A stretch of DNA of 64,000 nt, from the IMG/VR virus record IMGVR_UViG_3300020595_000028, positions 4,955-68,954 of that record. One strand, given 5' to 3'. Shown here one piece after another: positions 18,490 through 28,780 of the stretch. The notes under the pieces were generated by a model. The model ran no database searches. It was given only the letters and a program-made list of their open reading frames with translations, and was not told the DNA's origin. The position numbers and the translations under genes are program-made. The DNA is from a virus. Position 1 is the stretch's first letter. Every line of letters starts with the position of its first letter.

Positions 18490-21400
18490 TTAAGGTGTAT
18501 CAGTAACCAAGTCACCAGTAACAAAGTTATAACCAGTCAAAGGCGCAGAGCCTTCGATATCAGCTATAGTTGTTACAGAGGACTCTATCTCATAGTAGTG
18601 TGCAGGGGCTACAGCCAATAGGCTTAAGTCCTGTGTAGCACCACTGTTATAGATAGTCGCAACGTTAGCAGTTTGGTTTGAATTCCAAATAGCCACTTGG
18701 TTAATTATACCATCGTAGTAATTGTTGTGTACGTTAGACGCTCTACCAATACGATAGATGTTGTCGCTTGGGTTAGCACCACTTATAGCGCCATCGTAAC
18801 CACTATTAGAAGCAACACCAATCTTAAACTTGTTAACACCATCAACAAAGATATTAAACCTACCATAGTAAGCTCCAGATTGATTAGGGTCAACTCCAGT
18901 AGTTCCACCATCAAAAGTAATCATTACATGTTGCCAAGTATTGTTTACAAAAGAGTTAGCGGCTACCAGTATGATGTTATCATAAACAGTACCGTAGTTT
19001 AGTACTAGGGTAGTTCCACCTGATTGCTTTAGAGTAATAGCTCCACCATTGTAATCATCTCCTGCACCATAAACCATTAAGGTCTGAGTGCCTGTATTTG
19101 ATGTATCTGGTTTAACCCACATAGAGATAGTCCAAGCGCTACCGTCACCATTTGTTGCTCGTTCTAGAGCAGTCATGTTGACAGGGTTGCCTTGAAGCCA
19201 GTTGGTTGAACCATCTAAAGACAAAGACTTAGTGTTAGTGTAGGTTGGTACTGTTACGTTGATAGTCACAGTGAAGTTAGTAATACCACCGATAGCATTA
19301 GCAGCTTTACAGTTAATGACATAGGAGTCAGTTGAACCGTTATGTGCTGGTGCTGTACCAATGAACTGACCGTTTACTTGACCCAGTACTGCCCAAGCAG
19401 GAGCATCACTTTCGCCATACATGTTAACAATGTCAGAGTTAGCGTCTAGAGCAATCTGGAAGTTAAATGCCGTGTTCTCTTCAACAGTGAAAGACTGATT
19501 AGAAACATCTGGAGCAAACGTCAGGTTAGGCTGTGAGCCACCTGTAATAGACTGCTTAGACAACACAGGAATAGAATAGTAAGCACGGTTGCCTTTAACA
19601 CCAAAGAATAGGTGTAGAGGAGTAACGCCGTCGCCATCAGCTTTACGTGTAGCAATCTTAACATTAGCGTCTTCATCATAGAGTGTGATTGTGTTGTCGG
19701 CTGTATAGCGTAAGCTAAACATACCCTGAATAACGCCAGCGCCTCCATCTCTGTATTGGTTCAGACTTGCCGCATAGAAGTAATCAGGCGCGTTTGTATT
19801 TGCATCCCAATCAGAAACCCCAACATCAGTATCAAATAAGATAGCTTCGTTAGTTTGATATCTGAATGTGCCGTCTAACTGTTCTTCAGCTGTAGCAACA
19901 CCTGTCGCGGCGGCTGTGTAGTCAGTACCAAAGAAATCACCTTGGCCTACTTCATCAAGCATAAACATAATCTTCTCACCGGGGAGAATAGAGATGTTAG
20001 ACTTAAGCACTGTGTGGTCTAGGATGCCGTTGATAATACCTGCTTCAGTCCCAGCAAAATCGTGTACAATTTCCCAAAGGAAAGAAGTAGAGTCGATAAT
20101 ACCGTTAGGGAAGGTTGAGTTGTTGAATCCACCAAACTGTAGGTTGAACTCAGTGACACCCAAAGAGATAGTTGTCTTAGCTACGATAACTTCAGTACCA
20201 CCAGACAAATCCATCAGAGTCAAATGACCATCATTGCCGAAGCGGATAGACATAGGCGCATTGTTAGTAGCTGTATAGCCACTCGCGTGATAGGTTGTTA
20301 CATCTGTGTTAGTAGAGCTTGTGAACTTACCAGTGCCGTTAGCATAGCTAAACACTGTGTTCCAGTTACCAGCGGTTGCTTGGTCTGTGTAAGAAGTCGC
20401 TACTTCAGCGCCATCCCAGATACCCAAACGAAGTTGATTACCTGTGTCCATGTTGAACTTGAACTCTTGTCCACGTTGCAGCTTCTGACCAAAGTAGTAC
20501 GGACCTTGTAATCGCAACTCAGTACCACCAACTAGGGTAGTATTGATAGCGTTTGAAGCGACAGGTTCGTTAGCGTTAGTACCGTAGGAAATGTACCACT
20601 GGTCATTAACCGCACTCATTGTAGAGCCGTTAATCATGTTAGTAGCATCGATTGTTACTGTTGAACCATCGCTCATAGTAAGTACTAAGTCAGAACCAAC
20701 AATAGCACCACTAGCAACAAAGCTGTTAGTGTCTACACCCAGAGTACTAATATCTACTGTGTAGGAGGTAGCGTCAGCTAAACTAATAGTGAGGTTGTCC
20801 TCTGATAACAGAAAGCCAGTTACAGGATTACCCTGAGAAGCAAAGCTTAGAGTGTTAGTGAACAAGTTGTTAAGTTCTGTTACAGCAGTGTTCAATACAG
20901 AGTTTACTAAAGAACCGTTGATGCTTACAGCGGAGACTGGCAGGGATTCAATAAGAATCTTAGCGCCATCTTTAACCATAATCTTAATCTCAGTACCATT
21001 AGCAATAGCTTGTATTGTGTTAATGTTATGAGGAATAAGCATCTGTGAACCTACCGCCAAGGACAGGTCTTTAAGCAAGATAGAAGAACCTGTAGAGTCA
21101 ACACTAAAGTCCATAGCCTTATACTTAAGGTAAGGAGAGATTAGCTCTAGGTCTTTATCTTCAAACAAACGGTTGTGTACTGTTGCTTGGTAGCGTAGCA
21201 AACCAGTGTTAGGGTCTACAGTGTCACCTTGACGAACTTGGAAGATGCCTAAGTCAGCGTCAGTAGCGTTGTCTACCTTGTGGATTTCAGCAAACAACGT
21301 AGTACCAGCACGAACATCAACAGGGTGGTCAAAGAACCACTCAATGACGTCACCGGGGTAGATGTTAGCACCAGCAGAAGAACGAGCAGCAGCACGAGGA

Positions 21401-21927
21401 AGTTCCTGCATGTAAACCTGACGACCGTTAATTGTAATGCGGTACTCAAGACGTACTTCTGGACCAACAGCTTCAGCAGCAGTGGTAGTGATACCAAGGC
21501 CAGAGATGTTAATGCCAAAGTAGTTATTACCAGCATAACCAACAGAGGTCAGAGGGTCTGGTGCGCCACCGAGAGGCAGAGAGAACATGTCAGTATAGAC
21601 ACGCCCACTTGGAGGGATGAACCCTGTGCTGTCTCTGTTAGCTGTTATAGACTGGTCTTTAAGTCCACCCCACATAGGGAAGAAGTTAATGTCACTTGAT
21701 AGGTTGGTGAAGTAAATGTTCTCTGAACCAGAAGACATCTTGTGCTGTTCACCGAGGTACAGTGAGTTAAGTGTTGTTTCAATAGCTTTAGTAGAGGTAA
21801 GCCGACGAGTGTTTTCATCGTAGTTCCAGTGGGATAGGAATTCCTGTTGGTCTGTTGTTAGACCAGTACCAGTAATACCACCACCACCAGTGCTAGGAAT
21901 CATATTTGAGAATACATTTTCTGACAT
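18490..21927 (-). CDS. Large virion structural protein with C-terminal LamG/concanavalin-like domain
   Basis: 1145 aa; KSLSLDG, WTISMWVKP, WQHVMITFDG, YDGIINQVAIWN. Confidence 0.7.
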   Translation of the reverse strand: MSENVFSNMIPSTGGGGITGTGLTTDQQEFLSHWNYDENTRRLTSTKAIETTLNSLYLGEQHKMSSGSENIYFTNLSSDINFFPMWGGLKDQSITANRDSTGFIPPSGRVYTDMFSLPLGGAPDPLTSVGYAGNNYFGINISGLGITTTAAEAVGPEVRLEYRITINGRQVYMQELPRAAARSSAGANIYPGDVIEWFFDHPVDVRAGTTLFAEIHKVDNATDADLGIFQVRQGDTVDPNTGLLRYQATVHNRLFEDKDLELISPYLKYKAMDFSVDSTGSSILLKDLSLAVGSQMLIPHNINTIQAIANGTEIKIMVKDGAKILIESLPVSAVSINGSLVNSVLNTAVTELNNLFTNTLSFASQGNPVTGFLLSEDNLTISLADATSYTVDISTLGVDTNSFVASGAIVGSDLVLTMSDGSTVTIDATNMINGSTMSAVNDQWYISYGTNANEPVASNAINTTLVGGTELRLQGPYYFGQKLQRGQEFKFNMDTGNQLRLGIWDGAEVATSYTDQATAGNWNTVFSYANGTGKFTSSTNTDVTTYHASGYTATNNAPMSIRFGNDGHLTLMDLSGGTEVIVAKTTISLGVTEFNLQFGGFNNSTFPNGIIDSTSFLWEIVHDFAGTEAGIINGILDHTVLKSNISILPGEKIMFMLDEVGQGDFFGTDYTAAATGVATAEEQLDGTFRYQTNEAILFDTDVGVSDWDANTNAPDYFYAASLNQYRDGGAGVIQGMFSLRYTADNTITLYDEDANVKIATRKADGDGVTPLHLFFGVKGNRAYYSIPVLSKQSITGGSQPNLTFAPDVSNQSFTVEENTAFNFQIALDANSDIVNMYGESDAPAWAVLGQVNGQFIGTAPAHNGSTDSYVINCKAANAIGGITNFTVTINVTVPTYTNTKSLSLDGSTNWLQGNPVNMTALERATNGDGSAWTISMWVKPDTSNTGTQTLMVYGAGDDYNGGAITLKQSGGTTLVLNYGTVYDNIILVAANSFVNNTWQHVMITFDGGTTGVDPNQSGAYYGRFNIFVDGVNKFKIGVASNSGYDGAISGANPSDNIYRIGRASNVHNNYYDGIINQVAIWNSNQTANVATIYNSGATQDLSLLAVAPAHYYEIESSVTTIADIEGSAPLTGYNFVTGDLVTDTP

Positions 21928-22217
21928 TAGCTATGCTCTGCGTAAAAGCACTCAGCTGAGTCACTAACAACAACCCGAAAGTAAGGGGCTATTACTATTT
22001 CTTCAATAGTGCTTGCTGTGTAGTTCTTAATAGTAGTCCAAGGGCCAGCACTTGTAAGCTTTGCTTGAAGGTCTACGGTGCCTGTTGTAATGTGAATTTG
22101 TACAACGCCCCGTCCGATTTTAGAGTCGTCGTTATAGTTGCCAAGTACTTCCAAAGAAGTGTATCCGCCAGTGTAGACGTTGTCGCTAGTGGCAAACTTA
22201 GATGCGTAATTAGCCAT
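21927..22217 (-). CDS. Small virion-associated hypothetical protein
   Basis: ORF with RBS, coupled to 18490..21927. Confidence 0.55.
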   Translation of the reverse strand: MANYASKFATSDNVYTGGYTSLEVLGNYNDDSKIGRGVVQIHITTGTVDLQAKLTSAGPWTTIKNYTASTIEEIVIAPYFRVVVSDSAECFYAEHS

Positions 22218-22241
22218 AGTTAGTCCTTAATGTTTGTTAGG

Positions 22242-22275
22242 TACCACAGCAAACCCCGTAGGGTTCACTGCGATA
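22242..22275 (-). other. 15-bp G.U-containing hairpin with UACG tetraloop
   Basis: TATCGCAGTGAACCC-TACG-GGGTTTGCTGTGGTA. Confidence 0.55.
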
Positions 22276-22282
22276 AGTTCTG

Positions 22283-22615
22283 TTACAACCAAAGCCTGCT
22301 TGGGCTATTTGGTGTAACTCCATAAAATTCGTCTATTGATTCAACAATAGTACGTTTCGTGTCGTTAAGTAAACGAATGTTTAAGTGCCAACCTGTTGCG
22401 GCTACCATCTCAGGGTAGTCCATACCATTAGCATCTGTAAGAGTAACGCCTGTGGCCTCATAGATAGTACCTATGACATCTATAGCGTAGTCAGCAGTGT
22501 TAGTTACTAACTCACCCTCTTCGTTGTAGAAGGCAGAGAGTACTGTAAGCATAGCAGCTTCGTTTGTTAGCTTAATGTAGAAGTCGTTCTTTGGTCCTAG
22601 TGCTTCGTCTATCAT
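22283..22615 (-). CDS. Hypothetical protein linked to head-spike fibre
   Basis: IDVIGTIY, GWHLNIR, P.SP.R.W; ATGA overlap with upstream gene. Confidence 0.55.
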   Translation of the reverse strand: MIDEALGPKNDFYIKLTNEAAMLTVLSAFYNEEGELVTNTADYAIDVIGTIYEATGVTLTDANGMDYPEMVAATGWHLNIRLLNDTKRTIVESIDEFYGVTPNSPSRLWL

Positions 22616-24270
22616 GTTGATGCCTCCGTAATACCAGCATCTGTGATGTCTTCATCCCACATACGGAACTGTCCGATTGTACCCATGAAAAGTTGCCCAA
22701 GCTCTAAGTCAGTAGATGACAAGGTAGGGAGACTCGTAGGGGTTGTGTTGGATGTCAGGAGTGTACCCTCGTGAGCGCCGTTGATGAACGTAGAGCCGTG
22801 ACGACCAGCAAGGTTGAAAGGTACGTTAGTGCCAGAGGAATAGGCGTTATTTGCGCCAACAACTGAATCAATGCCAGAGGATGTAGACCCTTGTAGGAAC
22901 TGGGGTTGACCTGTTCTACTGCCTGACGTTGTAAACCTGTTATAGATAATGTTGTTATTGTCTACTCTCCAACGCCACGGTAAAGCTGTGTTGGTACTAC
23001 CACTATTAGCATACGTTATCTTGCCATCAATCTGGATAGACATGTTAGTGCTGTCATACGGCAGGTTAGCGGCAGGGACTGTTAGTGTCTCAGCAGCACG
23101 AGTTGCTGAAGCACCCGCTGTTGGGATGTAGCTTGATGGGGTTGCGCCAGCTTCGAGTTGTGCGTTTGTGACTGTACCTGAAACGGTTAATGTCAGAGTT
23201 CCCGCTGTTGGGGTAAACGTCAGATTAACTCGATTGTTCTCACCTGTACCTGTTCCAACCAGAGGCCCAGCAGTAGACACCCCAGATAAAGTAACTGTGC
23301 CTGTTCCTGTAAAGCTGATGGTATTAGCTACAGCAGCTACAGTAGCACTTTGAGTAGATAGTGTGCCAGAGTTCAACAACAGGTTAGTCCGAGCTTCACT
23401 CTCGTGGAGGATGCCTTCGTTAACCCAAGCAGAACCATTGTAGATGTGATGACCACGACGAGGGGAATAGACAGGAGTAGTTGTCGTTGGAACGTAGCTG
23501 CTAGCAGTGTCAGGGCTGGTTACCATGCCACCGAGGCCGCTTCGGAAGGAGTGTGGATAGGCGACTAGAACCCCAGACGTACCATCCCCTGTAAAGGTCT
23601 GTGAGCCGAAGGTGTTAACTTGAGACGTTTCACCTACCGAGAAGACTTCCTGTACCAGTGTTGAACTGGTTATTGAAAACCTGTACCAACCATTACCTAA
23701 ACTTGTTACTGTCGGGGATACGGAGCCAGTATCTAAAGACACAGTCCCGTCTGACAGATTGATAATCGCATATTTGTTGTTTGTTGTAGCAACCGAGAAG
23801 AAGTTATAACCATCTGCTTTGAGGTCTATAGTTACTGTTGTGATTGTGCCATTAACAAGATTACTGTTAACTTGAGTTTTGTAGAACCTGTGAAGCCCAC
23901 TAACAGTAGTCGGTGTTATCTTGAAGGCTGTTGGGTTGCCCTCAAAGTCATTCTGACCAGTCGTTACTGTCAGGGCATTATTAGTCCAATTAGCATTAGT
24001 TAAGTCACCACTATGGGTCAGAAGGTTATGCGGACGCCACTTTAGCAAGCCATCACTATCAACCATAGTTGCATTAGTGGAAGCTGTGTGAGTTATAGCA
24101 GAGGAGAAAGTAGTAGCTGCTCCACCTGTTTTGTATGTGTCTGTTTTAAAGTTAAAGACTAACTTCGGCTCGAAACCAAGAATAGCATCGGCGCTAGTGC
24201 TGCCTAATAAAATAGTGACTAGCTTATTGCGTTTTCTTCGTGTTAAGCCTAATCCTAAAGAATTAAACAT
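22612..24270 (-). CDS. Head-spike fibre-like carbohydrate-binding protein (RcGTA Rcc01080-like)
   Basis: ESEARTNLL, LGNGWYR, AQLEAGATPSSYIPT...TRAAE motifs; follows spike-base gene. Confidence 0.6.
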   Translation of the reverse strand: MFNSLGLGLTRRKRNKLVTILLGSTSADAILGFEPKLVFNFKTDTYKTGGAATTFSSAITHTASTNATMVDSDGLLKWRPHNLLTHSGDLTNANWTNNALTVTTGQNDFEGNPTAFKITPTTVSGLHRFYKTQVNSNLVNGTITTVTIDLKADGYNFFSVATTNNKYAIINLSDGTVSLDTGSVSPTVTSLGNGWYRFSITSSTLVQEVFSVGETSQVNTFGSQTFTGDGTSGVLVAYPHSFRSGLGGMVTSPDTASSYVPTTTTPVYSPRRGHHIYNGSAWVNEGILHESEARTNLLLNSGTLSTQSATVAAVANTISFTGTGTVTLSGVSTAGPLVGTGTGENNRVNLTFTPTAGTLTLTVSGTVTNAQLEAGATPSSYIPTAGASATRAAETLTVPAANLPYDSTNMSIQIDGKITYANSGSTNTALPWRWRVDNNNIIYNRFTTSGSRTGQPQFLQGSTSSGIDSVVGANNAYSSGTNVPFNLAGRHGSTFINGAHEGTLLTSNTTPTSLPTLSSTDLELGQLFMGTIGQFRMWDEDITDAGITEAST

Positions 24271-24278
24271 GATATTCC

Positions 24279-24539
24279 TTACCCGTATGCTACGATGCCA
24301 GTGGCAGTTGTTCCAGTTGAATAGATTTTAGTAATCTGTGCAGGGATTTCGTAGTAGTCAGGAACAGTCATTGTTACTGTATCTTCACCGATAGTGTCAA
24401 ACTTAATAGTGCCACCAACAGTAACGTATACTGTCAAAGCACGGAAAGCCAACGGGTTAGCGTCAGAAGGGGTTACGTTCGCAACACGGCGAGCTGGAGT
24501 AGCCAAGCCCATGTTAAAGTGTTCGTTTAGTATTGCCAT
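24279..24539 (-). CDS. Head-spike base protein (RcGTA Rcc01079-like)
   Basis: 86 aa; VTPSD, RAL.VY..GG, IP..I.KI..TGTTATGIVA pattern. Confidence 0.7.
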   Translation of the reverse strand: MAILNEHFNMGLATPARRVANVTPSDANPLAFRALTVYVTVGGTIKFDTIGEDTVTMTVPDYYEIPAQITKIYSTGTTATGIVAYG

Positions 24540-24636
24540 TGTTATGGTCCTTTATGTTAGTTGTTATCAGGGATGGGTCTTATATAAAATATAGTAGTAT
24601 TATAAATGCCCCCCAAGGGAGGGGGACACCTTAATA

Positions 24637-25491
24637 TTACTTACGCTTGTTACGAGGGTCTTTAGAAACAGGCTTCTTCATGAACTTAGAAGCTTGACCA
24701 CGTTCCAAAGGAGTTGCGCCAATCGCCTTCATAGTCTTATTAAGGCTATTAACGCTCTTAACTTTAGCAGCGTTCTTCTTCTTAACTTGGCTACGCAGTC
24801 TAGCTGTGTTGTTAGTGCGGCCCTTCATAGACTTAGATGCCTTAGCAACCGCACCTTTAGCAGACTTAACTCCAGCTTTAACTTTAGCTTTAACAATACG
24901 AGACTTACGCACTACTGCCTTCTTAGCCCGAAGAGCGTTTGTGCTAGGCTTAGCTGTAGCACGAGCCTTGGCAACACCTCTTTCGGCTTTTCTTTCAAGA
25001 TTACCAACACTGCGACGAGCGTTACGTACAGACTTGCCAGTTTTAGACTTAAGCGTGCTAGTGGCTCTGCTGACAGCCTTACCCGCTGCGGAATTACGAA
25101 CTGAGCTTTTGGCTTTACTTTTACTCTTCATAGCAGAAGACTTAACTTTAGCGACTGTACGCTTGGCTTTAACCACAGAGATACGAGCTTTAGACTTAGC
25201 CTTGTTGCTAGTAATACGAGCCTTCTTAGAGACTGTAGACTTAACGCTAGCAATCTTCTTCTTGGCCATTTGGCGCTTCTTCAGAGCAGAGGTTGTAGAA
25301 CCTGTTGCTTTGTTGTAAGCCTTGTTAAGTTTAATCTTAGCCTTGCTGATAGCCATTCCGCCTTGACGCTTACGCTTCATAGCAGAAGCTTTAACAGCCT
25401 TCATTAGTGCTGCCTTACGGGCAGACGTCATTTTATAAGCGGAGCTACCGAAAGACGTGGCCTTTGCTTTAGCGCGGTTGTATAGTGACAT
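24637..25491 (-). CDS. Lys/Ala/Ser/Arg-rich histone H1-like basic protein
   Basis: 284 aa, almost no acidic residues, low complexity; downstream of terminase. Confidence 0.65.
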   Translation of the reverse strand: MSLYNRAKAKATSFGSSAYKMTSARKAALMKAVKASAMKRKRQGGMAISKAKIKLNKAYNKATGSTTSALKKRQMAKKKIASVKSTVSKKARITSNKAKSKARISVVKAKRTVAKVKSSAMKSKSKAKSSVRNSAAGKAVSRATSTLKSKTGKSVRNARRSVGNLERKAERGVAKARATAKPSTNALRAKKAVVRKSRIVKAKVKAGVKSAKGAVAKASKSMKGRTNNTARLRSQVKKKNAAKVKSVNSLNKTMKAIGATPLERGQASKFMKKPVSKDPRNKRK

Positions 25492-25675
25492 GTTCTTTTT
25501 CTTTCTTATTGCAGGAGACTACAAACTCATATCTTGATTGTATAGAGTTCAAATAGTCAGTTGTTGTTTGTTGTAGTTGTTTACAAGCCTCTTCAGACTC
25601 AGTGGACATGGGATGCCAACCATCTTGGATAGTAGCTTCACCATTAATAATGAACAAGATAACAAGATACCACAT
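25469..25675 (-). CDS. Hypothetical protein
   Basis: 68 aa, two Cys, coupled to terL stop. Confidence 0.5.
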   Translation of the reverse strand: MWYLVILFIINGEATIQDGWHPMSTESEEACKQLQQTTTDYLNSIQSRYEFVVSCNKKEKEHVTIQPR

Positions 25676-27006
25676 TAGAAGCCGAAGCCTCTAGTTGTTA
25701 CCTTAGTACCACCTCGCACAGGGAATAAATACTCCACAGCATATCTTAGACCATCTGTCCAGTGTTCAACACCTTCTTTCTTACAGATAGTAGCTGTGTC
25801 AGGGTTACTCTCTACCCATGCGGTTCGTTCAATAGATTTAATAGTATTCACACAACGTGGATGAACATACATATCGATGTCCCCATTAGCGTTCTTGAAC
25901 TTCTTATTAATAGCAGCAACACTATCAATAATAGGAGGTGCCTTACTATGCGCTCTTGTCTGTATACCTTCAGCTTGTAGAATGCTAAAGTCTGTACGTC
26001 CAACAGCAGCAGAGGACTTCCTAGCCTTCCCACTAGGGTCAGGGTAAGAGATAATGCGGTGTCCACGATACTTGTCTGCCAGCGTCCTAGCTAGAGTCTC
26101 TGTATCTGGGTGTCCCTGCATCTCGTCTAGTATGTGTATCTGATTGCCTCTTAGGGCAAATACACAGGATGCCATTATGCCAACGTTAAAGTCGATAGCA
26201 ACATGAACATCTTCACCTGTCTCAAAAGTGGGTAGGTCTTTGTCGATATGCTCTTTACGGTTAAACGTATAGAACACAGTATTACCAGAGTCTTCGAAGC
26301 TAGCCGTATACTCTCTGGCAAATTTCAATGGGTCCAGCGTTAGCTTAACCCGCTCAATCTCATCATCATCGAGATAAGGAGAGTCTTGATAAGTGTAGTG
26401 ATAGCTCTTCCATTGGTTATCAGCATCCTGACGATTAAACATTTCATAGAAATAGTTGTAACCCATAGGTGTACTAATAATAAGAGCCTTCCCCGGTTTG
26501 GCATTATACTTGTCAGCGTTCTTCTTAGACCAACGAGTAGCAATACAAGGTTGAATAACTGATTCCCAAGATTCCTTGAGTGATGTACCAGCACCTTTCC
26601 AAGAGCATACCTCATCGGCTACTACGAAATACTGACCAGTACCACGCATACGTTCTGAAGCCTCATAAGACCAAATCTTTAGCTGTACATTGCCAGGAAA
26701 CCAGAAGGTTCCAGCTACTCGTGATGACTTAATAGCGTGTTCTTCCATACCTAACTGATAGGCTAGTAGGGGATAATAGATATCCACAGCTTGTGCGTAA
26801 GTAGGCGCGATGATTGCTACATTCTTGTTAGGTACGTCGTCATCTAACTCCATTAGCTCTTGTACAGCAATAACAGCAGCACAGGCAGCTAGGTAAGACT
26901 TACCAAAACCACGAGAAGCATTAACTACAGCATACCGTGTATCATCTTCTAAAAATAGGTCATGTATAATGTCTGACTGACCCTCATGGAGAATAACCTC
27001 ATCCAT
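25675..27006 (-). CDS. terL: Terminase large subunit
   Basis: ASRGFGKS Walker A, VVADE Walker B, IISTPMG, AIDFN nuclease, HWTDGLRY. Confidence 0.92.
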   Translation of the reverse strand: MDEVILHEGQSDIIHDLFLEDDTRYAVVNASRGFGKSYLAACAAVIAVQELMELDDDVPNKNVAIIAPTYAQAVDIYYPLLAYQLGMEEHAIKSSRVAGTFWFPGNVQLKIWSYEASERMRGTGQYFVVADEVCSWKGAGTSLKESWESVIQPCIATRWSKKNADKYNAKPGKALIISTPMGYNYFYEMFNRQDADNQWKSYHYTYQDSPYLDDDEIERVKLTLDPLKFAREYTASFEDSGNTVFYTFNRKEHIDKDLPTFETGEDVHVAIDFNVGIMASCVFALRGNQIHILDEMQGHPDTETLARTLADKYRGHRIISYPDPSGKARKSSAAVGRTDFSILQAEGIQTRAHSKAPPIIDSVAAINKKFKNANGDIDMYVHPRCVNTIKSIERTAWVESNPDTATICKKEGVEHWTDGLRYAVEYLFPVRGGTKVTTRGFGF

Positions 27007-27018
27007 TGTTGTTCCTCT

Positions 27019-27285
27019 TTACCACTTAACCTTATTAGCCCAGTAAGCAGCACTCATCTTGCCTTTAGCAATATTAGTAGCATGTCTAGCTTTAAAGTTT
27101 TTATTACGTTTACTACCGTCAGCAGAGCCTTTAGCCCCTTGTTTACCGAAACGGATAGTCTTGATTGTTGAGCCTACTTTAGCAACAACAACATGTGATT
27201 TAGTTTTATGTCCGGGAGTGGCCTTAGGTTTGTTATAACCACTAACACCAGCACGAGTTAGTCTAGAGTCTTTCTTAACAGCCAT
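27019..27285 (-). CDS. Small basic conserved phage protein
   Basis: IRFGKQG...FKARH...SAAYWA.KVKW; likely start MAVKK at 27285. Confidence 0.6.
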   Translation of the reverse strand: MAVKKDSRLTRAGVSGYNKPKATPGHKTKSHVVVAKVGSTIKTIRFGKQGAKGSADGSKRNKNFKARHATNIAKGKMSAAYWANKVKW

Positions 27286-27308
27286 TAGTCTTTGTCCTCT
27301 TTTTTTTT

Positions 27309-27566
27309 TCAATAGCTCAAGTAAACCCACCACCGAGGGTCTTTGAGTATCCCCGCCATCTCCTCCCCCCTTTCACCAACAAACTTTGTGGTTTCTGTAG
27401 GTCTCAATAAGAATCTGTCATCTTCCCAGACAGACTTACCAGAGTGCCACTGGGTGTTGTCCTCCGCTAGAAGACTTGCGTTTTCTCTGTCGTCACCCAT
27501 ACGAATACTGTCCCAATCAGGGTGTTGAGTTCCGTCTTTCTTTTCTATGTAGATATTAACACCCAT
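27309..27566 (-). CDS. Hypothetical protein
   Basis: ORF between terS and terL. Confidence 0.5.
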   Translation of the reverse strand: MGVNIYIEKKDGTQHPDWDSIRMGDDRENASLLAEDNTQWHSGKSVWEDDRFLLRPTETTKFVGERGEEMAGILKDPRWWVYLSY

Positions 27567-27956
27567 CTATAAGTTCCTCTCGTCAGGTTTATCCCCCTTA
27601 CTCTTTGGCGGTTTCTTCGAAACCCCTGTAAGCTTAATAGCCATAGGCTTCTTAGTAGTGACTTCCTGCTCAATCTTCTCAGGAACTTTCTTATAGCCAT
27701 ACTGCATAAGGTTGTTAATGAGTGTTCCCTTAGTAGCGATTAACTGAGCATAAGCACCAGAGCCAATACGGACAGTACCGTCAGCAATAGCCTTGTCAAT
27801 CTCTTGGTATTGTTTAACCATCTCTTCGATAGGGTCGAAACCAAGTTCCTCAAGTTTCTTTACAGAAGCCATAGAATTAATGTTCTTAGAGCCTTTAGGA
27901 CGACCAGCGCCCTCGCGTTTACCGCCGACTTTATTCTTACGGTTATCTACTCTCAT
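27567..27956 (-). CDS. Terminase small subunit (probable)
   Basis: GGKREGAGRPKGSKN N-terminus, FDPIE, helical; upstream of terL. Confidence 0.7.
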   Translation of the reverse strand: MRVDNRKNKVGGKREGAGRPKGSKNINSMASVKKLEELGFDPIEEMVKQYQEIDKAIADGTVRIGSGAYAQLIATKGTLINNLMQYGYKKVPEKIEQEVTTKKPMAIKLTGVSKKPPKSKGDKPDERNL

Positions 27957-28094
27957 TTGGACCTCCTTTTGGTCTGTAGAAATATTTCGATTGAAGATAC
28001 TTTTTCATAAGAAAAAATAGTTGTTAATTATAAATAAGTTAAAAAGCTTACCATCTAAACCCTTAAAGTTATTTAAGAAAAAAACAGCGAAGAT

Positions 28095-28337
28095 TTACTC
28101 CTCGCTATCTTTCTTAGTATTTGACTCTGTTAGAGTCTCTTTAGCACGTCGTAGAATAGCGTTCTCAGCCATTAACACCTCAATCTGTCGCTGTAAAGAG
28201 CTTACAGTGTCGTCATAAGCCTTCTTGTTAAGAGCCATACTACGGAACAGTCCCATGAGTCCTGCCGCCACTACAACTAAGAAGATTCCTAGAGAGGGCG
28301 GTAGGTATTTCATAAGGATAGAAGCTTCAGCTATCAT
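28095..28337 (-). CDS. Membrane protein with coiled-coil tail
   Basis: One TM segment followed by a heptad region. Confidence 0.5.
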   Translation of the reverse strand: MIAEASILMKYLPPSLGIFLVVVAAGLMGLFRSMALNKKAYDDTVSSLQRQIEVLMAENAILRRAKETLTESNTKKDSEE

Positions 28338-28780
28338 TCCTCCCCCTCCTGTGGTGGTTCACCAAGAAGAAATCCGTAAACATAGAAGCTACATAAGCAG
28401 TAGGGTAAAGCAATAGCAGTGATTAGGTTCCATCCACCTAGCTCTTGAAAAGCAGAGATAGAGATGGTCACCCAAGCAGTAGTAGCCATTAAGTTAAAGA
28501 CACGTCGTTGTACTGTTCCACTATAGTAGATTTGGCAAGCACCCAAGGTGAAAGCCATCCAAGCCCAGAGGAAGTTGTTGACAGCCAAAGTCTCAGCGTG
28601 AAACCCATAACCACCACCAACGAGCATAGTGAAAGAAATAAACCAGAAACCCATACCAGAAGCTTGTTCAAGACCTCTACCATAGTAAGTAATAGCAGTA
28701 GAGTCATTATTAGCTTCACGGTCCGCAGTTAAAGAGTGAACTCTAGCATCTACTGCGAGTCCGATTTTATTAAGGTCCAT
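28334..28780 (-). CDS. Multi-pass membrane protein
   Basis: About 4 hydrophobic segments. Confidence 0.55.
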   Translation of the reverse strand: MDLNKIGLAVDARVHSLTADREANNDSTAITYYGRGLEQASGMGFWFISFTMLVGGGYGFHAETLAVNNFLWAWMAFTLGACQIYYSGTVQRRVFNLMATTAWVTISISAFQELGGWNLITAIALPYCLCSFYVYGFLLGEPPQEGEE

